From Sulfurimonadaceae bacterium (GTDB taxonomy: Bacteria; Campylobacterota; Campylobacteria; Campylobacterales; Sulfurimonadaceae), in contig JBFESZ010000032.1 in NCBI GenBank assembly GCA_041548245.1, forward strand, positions 1 through 19,791: a stretch of DNA of 19,791 nt. The letters are read 5' to 3'. Positions 13,981 to 19,791 of this stretch are shown here, in pieces. Position 1 is the first letter of the stretch; the number at the start of each line of letters is the position of its first letter. The position numbers were made by a program, and so were the translations under genes. The notes beneath the pieces are model-generated. The model did no database searches. It was given only the letters and a program-made list of their open reading frames with translations, and had not been told where the DNA came from.

Positions 13981-14997
13981 ATGGAGTATCGATATATTGG
14001 AAAAACAGGCTTGCGTGTTTCACCTATTTGTCTTGGAACGATGACCTTCGGCGGTCAGTGCGATAAAAAAGAGGCATTTAAGATCATGGACAAGGCCTAT
14101 GAGTCGGGAGTGAACTTTTTTGACACAGCTGAACTCTATCCTGTACCTCCTTCTGCTGAGCTTTCAGGTTTGACTGAAGAGATAGTGGGTGAATGGCTTC
14201 AGGACAAGCCTCGGGAGAAGATGATCATCGCTACAAAGGTCGCCGGAGCTGCTTCTGGTTGGTACACCCCTCCTGTGAGATATGGCTTGACAGCGATTGA
14301 CAGGCACCATATAACCAAAGGTATTGAAGGAAGTCTAAAGCGTCTGAAAACAGACTATATTGATCTGTACCAGATGCATTGGCCCGATACCGTTGTACCC
14401 ATTGAAGAGTCTATGGAAGCTTTTGACCGTCTGGTCCAAGAGGGAAAGGTCCGTTATCTTGGAACTTCCAATGATACGGCTTATGGGATGACAAAGGCAA
14501 ATATGACGGCACAGCTGAAGGGATATAAACGTTTTGAGTCCATTCAAAACAACTTTTCTCTGCTGAATCGCCGTTTCCTAGATGAAATGCGGGTTATGTG
14601 TGAAAAAGAAAACATTTCTCTCTTGCCTTATTCTCCCCTTGCCGGAGGTGTTTTGAGCGGAAAATACAATAATGAATTCGGTACAGACGGACGGTTTAGA
14701 GCCTATCTAAGTTCAGACAACCCTCGTATCAGAGCGCAGGCCACGCGTTATTTAAATGAGAAGACATTGGCATCCGTAAAAGAATATATCAAGATAGCTC
14801 AGGAAGCGGGTATTTCTCCAGTTACATTGGCTATAGCCTGGTCTAAACAGTTTTCATTTGTCGCTTCGACGATTATCGGAGCGACAAAAGTTGAACAATT
14901 GGATGATAGCCTCAAAGCTATGAATCTGACACTCAACCAAGAGGTTTTAAAAGCTTGTGATGAAGTCCATTCGAATATTCTTTATCCTATGGGTTAA
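13981..14997 (+). CDS. Aldo/keto reductase (Tas-like)
   Basis: GTMTFG, DTAELY, IATKV, DLYQMHWP, QNNFSLL and PYSPLAGG motifs. Start set at ATG 13981 after AAGGAG, with a gaTAGAAT -10 upstream. Confidence 0.93.
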   Translation: MEYRYIGKTGLRVSPICLGTMTFGGQCDKKEAFKIMDKAYESGVNFFDTAELYPVPPSAELSGLTEEIVGEWLQDKPREKMIIATKVAGAASGWYTPPVRYGLTAIDRHHITKGIEGSLKRLKTDYIDLYQMHWPDTVVPIEESMEAFDRLVQEGKVRYLGTSNDTAYGMTKANMTAQLKGYKRFESIQNNFSLLNRRFLDEMRVMCEKENISLLPYSPLAGGVLSGKYNNEFGTDGRFRAYLSSDNPRIRAQATRYLNEKTLASVKEYIKIAQEAGISPVTLAIAWSKQFSFVASTIIGATKVEQLDDSLKAMNLTLNQEVLKACDEVHSNILYPMG

Positions 14998-15445
14998 CCT
15001 CTTTATATTTTTGGGATGTGCCCCTAAACAGTATGCGATCAATGAGAGCTGCCTGATCGTTATTAAGACACCCAAGCTGAAATATGCAGACCTTGGTTAC
15101 CTGCGACGTAATGCTGATGCGGTACGGGCAGATTTGTTTGTAGCCGGGCAGCTGGTAGAGAGTATTGAAATTGGTACCTTGGTTTGTGTAGATGAGGGAT
15201 GCCTGAGTAAGTCCGAATTTAATGCAGACTACCTTCATCCTGCCTACCCGGACAATTTGATATTGAATGTCCTTTTGGGACGCCCCATCTTTGAGAAAGC
15301 TTCATTGCAAAAGACAGAAGGCGGTTTTATCCAAAACATAAAAAGCGATGAGTACAATATCATTTACAAAGTCGAGTATGGACAGATATACTTTAAAGAT
15401 AAACAGAATAGATTCTTGATAAAGATTTCAAAGACGAAAGGATAA
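14960..15445 (+). CDS. Putative lipoprotein
   Basis: MKSIRIFFILWVNLFIFLG-C lipobox-like signal. Overlaps the 3' end of the AKR gene and ends 3 nt before nfo. Confidence 0.8.
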   Translation: MKSIRIFFILWVNLFIFLGCAPKQYAINESCLIVIKTPKLKYADLGYLRRNADAVRADLFVAGQLVESIEIGTLVCVDEGCLSKSEFNADYLHPAYPDNLILNVLLGRPIFEKASLQKTEGGFIQNIKSDEYNIIYKVEYGQIYFKDKQNRFLIKISKTKG

Positions 15446-15448
15446 TAA

Positions 15449-16303
15449 TTGAGTAACAAGTACGTTGGAGCGCATACTTCTGCATCAGGGGGTGTTTTTA
15501 ATGCCCCGATCAATGCAAAAAATATCGGAGCACAGGCCTTTGCGCTTTTTACGAAAAATCAGCGTCAATGGGTTGCAAAAGATCTGGATACAGAGACTAT
15601 TGACAGATTTAAGCTAGAGTTGGAAAATGCCTGTATTGAGCCGAAACATGTTCTCCCCCATGATTCTTACCTTATTAATCTCGGTCACCCCGAGTTGGAT
15701 AAACGTGAAAAATCTCTCAATGCTTTCATTGATGAGCTTGAGCGCTGTGATCTTTTGGGCTTGGATAGGCTTAACTTTCATCCGGGCTCTTTTTTAAAGA
15801 AGATCTCCGAAGAGGAGTGCCTGGATGCGATTGCTGAATCGATGAACTATGCGATAGATAGGACCAGGAACGTCAAGCTGGTCATGGAGAACACGGCAGG
15901 GCAAGGCTCGAACCTAGGATGGAGGTTTGAACATCTTGCACACATCATTGACAAGATAGAAGACAAAAGCCGTGTGGGGGTATGTATCGATACTTGCCAT
16001 ATGTTTACAGCAGGTTATGATATTCGAACGCGTGAAGCCTACGATGTCTCAATGGCCCAATTCGAAAACATTGTAGGATTTGAGTATTTGATGGGAATGC
16101 ATCTCAATGACTCTAAACCCGATCTGGGCTCACATGTGGATCGTCATGAGAGTATTGGAAAAGGCAAAATCGGTCTGGATGCCTTTCGTTTTATCATGAA
16201 TGATGAACGCATGGATGATATACCGCTGATATTGGAGACTATTGATGAGAGTATCTGGAAAGAGGAGATAGCACTGTTATACTCTTTGGAAGAACCAGTG
16301 TAA
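15449..16303 (+). CDS. nfo: Endonuclease IV (AP endonuclease)
   Basis: [45 protein letters not shown] and ILET motifs. TTG start after AAGGA. Confidence 0.97.
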   Translation: MSNKYVGAHTSASGGVFNAPINAKNIGAQAFALFTKNQRQWVAKDLDTETIDRFKLELENACIEPKHVLPHDSYLINLGHPELDKREKSLNAFIDELERCDLLGLDRLNFHPGSFLKKISEEECLDAIAESMNYAIDRTRNVKLVMENTAGQGSNLGWRFEHLAHIIDKIEDKSRVGVCIDTCHMFTAGYDIRTREAYDVSMAQFENIVGFEYLMGMHLNDSKPDLGSHVDRHESIGKGKIGLDAFRFIMNDERMDDIPLILETIDESIWKEEIALLYSLEEPV

Positions 16304-16323
16304 ATTCACAATACCAAATGATT

Positions 16324-16334
16324 TGTGCTAAACT
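16324..16334 (+). promoter_or_regulatory. Extended -10 promoter of the fadL/fadD-like genes
   Basis: TGTGcTAAACT about 34 nt before the ATG. GGGGAG RBS. Confidence 0.55.
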
Positions 16335-16367
16335 GTCTAAAATAATTTAATACTCAAAGGGGAGTAG

Positions 16368-17594
16368 ATGAAGAAGTTTGGATTATTGTCCCTAACGGCA
16401 GCGACTGCTTTGATGGCGAGTGGGTACACGGTGCCTGAACAATCACAAAAAGCAATTGCTCTCTCTTCGGCTTATGTTGCAAATGCCCATGGAGCAGATG
16501 CTTCCTATTATAACCCGGCGAATATGGCTTTTGACAAAGGCAATGGTTCGTTTGAGGCTGATCTGACTTATATACATTTGACGTCAGTCAAGTTTGATGG
16601 GACAGTGGGTGGAGGTCCTGTTAGTAGTACATCATCTGAGAAAGAAAATTTTCTCGTTCCAACATTCTATTATGTTTCTCCTTCAGTTGATGATTTTCAT
16701 TTTGGTTTGGCATTGACCTCCCCAGCGGGATTATCAAAACGCTGGAAAGATCAACCGGGAAAAACATTTTCAGAAGAGTTTACCCTGAGGACCTATGAAG
16801 TTAATCCTACTGTTGCTTACAAAGTCAATGAACAGCTTGCTATTGGAGTAGGGTTAAGAATGATCTATTCGGATGGAATAGTCAAGTCGACTGCTCCTGC
16901 ATCTTTGGCCACCATGAAACGTGATATGAATGGTGATGGTTTAGACTTCGGATATAACCTGGCTTTGACTTATAAACCTTTAAAGGAACTATCATTGGCA
17001 GCGACGTATCGTTCGTATATCGATCTTGAGCTTGAGGGTGATGCGACTTTGTCAAATGATATTGGGGGCTCATATTCTGGGCCGGTATCTGTGAGTGCTC
17101 CTACTCCTGCAACATTCAATCTTGCAGCTGCGTATACTTTTGATGAAAAGACTACTGTAGAGCTAGTCTATGAGCGAACCTATTGGTCAAAATATCGTCA
17201 ACTTGATTTTGAGTATTCGGGAGATAAGACAAACTTTGCAACCTTTGTAAGTGTGTTTGATGATCCAATTGATAAAAGCTGGAAAGATACCGACAGTTAC
17301 CGTCTGGGAATGACACACAAATATGATTCGGCATGGACGGTTATGGCGGGTCTTGTGCGTTTTGAGACGCCTGTACCGGAGAGAACATTGAATTTTGAGC
17401 TTCCTGATTCTAACGGATGGGCTTACTCCCTTGGCGGACGATATGCAATGTCGGAAAAAGTTCAAATCGGTGCATCGTTCTTATATGCTGATAGAGAGAA
17501 GAGAAGTGTATCGAATAATGATAACGGCATTTCTGGAACATTCAGCAATTCGAAAGCCTATCTGTTGAGTCTAGGTATAGAGTACAAGTTCTAA
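16368..17594 (+). CDS. OmpP1/FadL family outer-membrane transporter (long-chain fatty acid / hydrophobic compound)
   Basis: Signal peptide, ADASYYNPANM, VNPTVAYKV, GYNLA and ELPDS motifs, and C-terminal LGIEYKF. Confidence 0.92.
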   Translation: MKKFGLLSLTAATALMASGYTVPEQSQKAIALSSAYVANAHGADASYYNPANMAFDKGNGSFEADLTYIHLTSVKFDGTVGGGPVSSTSSEKENFLVPTFYYVSPSVDDFHFGLALTSPAGLSKRWKDQPGKTFSEEFTLRTYEVNPTVAYKVNEQLAIGVGLRMIYSDGIVKSTAPASLATMKRDMNGDGLDFGYNLALTYKPLKELSLAATYRSYIDLELEGDATLSNDIGGSYSGPVSVSAPTPATFNLAAAYTFDEKTTVELVYERTYWSKYRQLDFEYSGDKTNFATFVSVFDDPIDKSWKDTDSYRLGMTHKYDSAWTVMAGLVRFETPVPERTLNFELPDSNGWAYSLGGRYAMSEKVQIGASFLYADREKRSVSNNDNGISGTFSNSKAYLLSLGIEYKF

Positions 17595-17617
17595 GCTTCG
17601 CCCTTTGGGGCTGAGTC

Positions 17618-17650
17618 TTCAACAAAGCAGGGTTGATCTCTTTTGTTGAA
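17618..17650 (+). repeat. Intercistronic inverted repeat between the fadL-like and fadD-like genes
   Basis: TTCAACAAA ... TTTGTTGAA 9-bp arms, preceded by a small GCCC/GGGC hairpin. Confidence 0.5.
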
Positions 17651-17675
17651 TGCTCACAGGTGTTAAAGGTAAAGA

Positions 17676-19217
17676 ATGATCTACCCATATCAAAACTTTT
17701 ATGAGATGATTCATACGAATGCGATGAAGCATCCCCAAAAAACCTTGTTGTTTGTTGACAATGAGAAGACATCTCATCTTGAATTCTTGCAAAACGTAGA
17801 CAGTTTCGCTCGTTTCTTGATACATAGCGGAATCAAGCAAGATGATAAGGTGGCTTTGATTACGCCAAACTGTGCAGAGTTTTTGATTGCATTTTTTGCA
17901 ATCAGTAAGATAGGAGGTGTCATAGTCCCTATTAACAATATGTTAAAAGAAGAAGAGTATGTTTATATTTTAAATGATGCCGAAGCAAAGATGCTTATTA
18001 CTTCTTCCAAGTTTTTGAATCAAACAAGAAATCTTCAAAGTAAAACAGGTGTTAAGAAGGTAGTATGGATAGACAACCTCCCGCATAATGATGGTGAACA
18101 TTTCTTGTTTTCAGAAGCGATGGCTATACCGCCCTTTGAAGAGGAGATCAAAGCGAATAGCAATATAGATGATCTCGCTGTTCTAATCTACACTTCAGGG
18201 ACAACGGGACATCCCAAAGGAGCGATGCTCTCTTATAAGAACATTTTTTCCAATCTCTATGGGGCTAAAGAGCGGTTTGATCTGACATATAAAGACAGGT
18301 TTATTGTCTACCTTCCGATGTTTCATTCATTTACACTTTCAATTTCTGTTCTGCTTCCTATATATATAGGGGGATCATTGGTCATTATTCCTTCACTTCT
18401 TCCGTTTAGCAATATTGTCAAACAGACACTTTTGAAGCGCGTGACAGTCTTTTTGGGGATTCCTGATGTCTACAATGCTTTGGTAAAGGCTAAGCTTCCA
18501 TGGTATTTTTTGTGGTTTAACTCAGTTAGAGCTTTTATTTCGGGTGCTGCGCCGCTGAGTGAAGATACACTGAGTAAGTTCAATGCCATTTTTAAACGGG
18601 CCAAGGTATTGGAAGGGTACGGCTTAAGTGAATGTTCTCCTGCAGTCGCCGTTAACCCTATCTATAAACAAAAACCATTATCAATTGGCCTTCCTTTGTA
18701 TGGGTACAAAGTCAAGATAGTGGATGAGGAGATGGTCGAAGTACCAATTGGACAAGTCGGAGAAGTCATCGTCAATGGCGATTGTGTGATGATGGGTTAC
18801 TGGAAACGGCCAACTGCAACAGATGAGACAATTATTAATGGATGGCTGAAGACAGGTGATCTAGGGAAGATGGACGAAGAGGGCTATATCTATATAGTCG
18901 ATAGAAAGAAAGACCTTATTATCTCTAAGGGAATCAATATATATCCGCGAGAGATTGAAGAAATTCTCTATTTTCATCCTTCTATCAAAGCAGCAGCGGT
19001 TATTGGAGTTAAAGATGAGCATAGTGGTGAGATTCCCGTTGCCTATGTAGAAACGGAGCCAGAGGAAAAAACCGTTACAGAAGCAGAAATAAAGAGTTAT
19101 TTAAAAGAACATCTTGCCAACTTTAAAATACCAAAGCATGTTTACTTTTTAAATGAATTGCCTAAAACAGCCACAGGCAAGGTGTTGAAAAGAGCCCTCA
19201 AAGCAAATCATCTCTAA
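17676..19217 (+). CDS. Long-chain fatty acid--CoA ligase (FadD-like AMP-binding enzyme)
   Basis: YTSGTTGHPKG, LPMFHSF, EGYGLSE, WLKTGDLG, DRKKDLII and PKTATGK motifs. Lies next to the FadL-like gene. Confidence 0.9.
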   Translation: MIYPYQNFYEMIHTNAMKHPQKTLLFVDNEKTSHLEFLQNVDSFARFLIHSGIKQDDKVALITPNCAEFLIAFFAISKIGGVIVPINNMLKEEEYVYILNDAEAKMLITSSKFLNQTRNLQSKTGVKKVVWIDNLPHNDGEHFLFSEAMAIPPFEEEIKANSNIDDLAVLIYTSGTTGHPKGAMLSYKNIFSNLYGAKERFDLTYKDRFIVYLPMFHSFTLSISVLLPIYIGGSLVIIPSLLPFSNIVKQTLLKRVTVFLGIPDVYNALVKAKLPWYFLWFNSVRAFISGAAPLSEDTLSKFNAIFKRAKVLEGYGLSECSPAVAVNPIYKQKPLSIGLPLYGYKVKIVDEEMVEVPIGQVGEVIVNGDCVMMGYWKRPTATDETIINGWLKTGDLGKMDEEGYIYIVDRKKDLIISKGINIYPREIEEILYFHPSIKAAAVIGVKDEHSGEIPVAYVETEPEEKTVTEAEIKSYLKEHLANFKIPKHVYFLNELPKTATGKVLKRALKANHL

Positions 19218-19298
19218 GTTAGTATAAAAAAAATATTAGATCATAAGAAAAAATGATTTATCATTTTTATATTGGGAGTTCAATAAAAAGGACTTGAG

Positions 19299-19517
19299 AT
19301 GATAGTAACAAGCGACAGACGACGTAGTACACCCTCGTATACAATTCCCTTTGTTTTTGAAGGTTTGGAAATGCTGTTGATTTGGATTGTCTTTAGTATA
19401 ATGGAAGGCAGTTTAAATATAAGTAGTTGGAGTGTAGTCTCATATATCTTGGCTTTTGGATGGTTTATGTACACAGTTCACAAGCTTACACGTGTGCTTT
19501 CTCGGCAAAAACAGTAG
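19299..19517 (+). CDS. Small membrane protein (72 aa, two predicted TM helices)
   Basis: AAGGA RBS and two hydrophobic stretches with basic N- and C-termini (positive-inside pattern). Confidence 0.7.
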   Translation: MIVTSDRRRSTPSYTIPFVFEGLEMLLIWIVFSIMEGSLNISSWSVVSYILAFGWFMYTVHKLTRVLSRQKQ

Positions 19518-19586
19518 TGAATTGTTCCAATTTGTTTGTAAAAACTAAACAGAGAGAACAAATTACAAAATTCTTTCAAAAAACTA

Positions 19587-19625
19587 TTGACAATGGGGTG
19601 AGATTTTTCTATAATTCCCGTCCAC
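19587..19625 (+). promoter_or_regulatory. Consensus sigma70 promoter, likely rRNA operon promoter
   Basis: TTGACA (19587-19592) - 17 nt - TATAAT (19610-19615), an upstream A-tract UP-like element, and a GC-rich discriminator TCCCGTCCAC. Confidence 0.85.
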
Positions 19626-19667
19626 AAACGAAGAGACCTAGAGTTTAGGATAAAGAAGAAGCGTTTG

Positions 19668-19685
19668 AGATCATTGAAAACTAAG
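19668..19685 (+). promoter_or_regulatory. rrn leader boxA-like antitermination element
   Basis: AGATCATTGAAAACTAAG resembles rrn boxA (GATCTTTGAAAAC), about 50 nt after the promoter, in non-coding leader. The 16S itself is not in the window. Confidence 0.7.
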
Positions 19686-19791
19686 TAGAAGACGTCAGGT
19701 CAGATGGCCTAAAGAGCGTCTTTTTATAAGACACAAACAAACAATTGCTATTTAATAGAATATTAGATAGCACCTATTTATTTCAGCCAGA

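Noticed and set aside
5543-16303. rnhB, dinB and nfo as a DNA-repair island
   Set aside because: Spread over more than 10 kb in separate transcription units with unrelated genes between, which is ordinary for this phylum's scrambled gene order.
108-17840. Remaining short track ORFs nested in or antisense to the protease, kinase, rnhB, TPR, dinB, TBDR, AKR, fadL and fadD genes
   Set aside because: Largely or fully overlapped by motif-supported genes, with no recognisable motifs or translation signals.
19427-19648. 73-aa ORF on + and 19280-19474 on -
   Set aside because: They overlap the better-supported 19299-19517 gene, and the + ORF runs through the rrn-type promoter. Neither has an RBS.

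Overview
Chromosomal window of a Campylobacterota bacterium, probably Sulfurimonas/Sulfuricurvum/Sulfurovum-like. This is inferred from the HQWRQPL-type kinase, the gnTAnaAT promoters and the form of the SRP RNA. From left to right it holds a minus-strand operon (Deg2-type HtrA protease, nucleoside-phosphorylase-fold protein, and an SDR running off the left edge), a stand-alone Hpt protein and the SRP RNA (ffs). Next come a secreted GKCG-repeat RiPP-like precursor with a DoxX partner, a REC-histidine kinase, TPR-rnhB-hypothetical, two small hypotheticals, DUF2461 and a secreted ankyrin protein. These are followed by an unannotated 41-aa membrane peptide behind ppnP, a small hypothetical and dinB (both apparently leaderless), and a TonB-dependent receptor. 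The right end has aldo/keto reductase-lipoprotein-nfo, fadL-like and fadD-like genes, a small membrane protein, and a consensus promoter plus boxA that most likely lead into an rRNA operon beyond the right edge. The best candidate for an under-described system is the HvfA/bufferin-like GKCG precursor plus DoxX locus, which lacks the usual MNIO (DUF692) enzyme and partner genes and has palindromes and a structured leader upstream. No mobile element, CRISPR array or tRNA was seen. All calls come from motif reading only; no searches were run.
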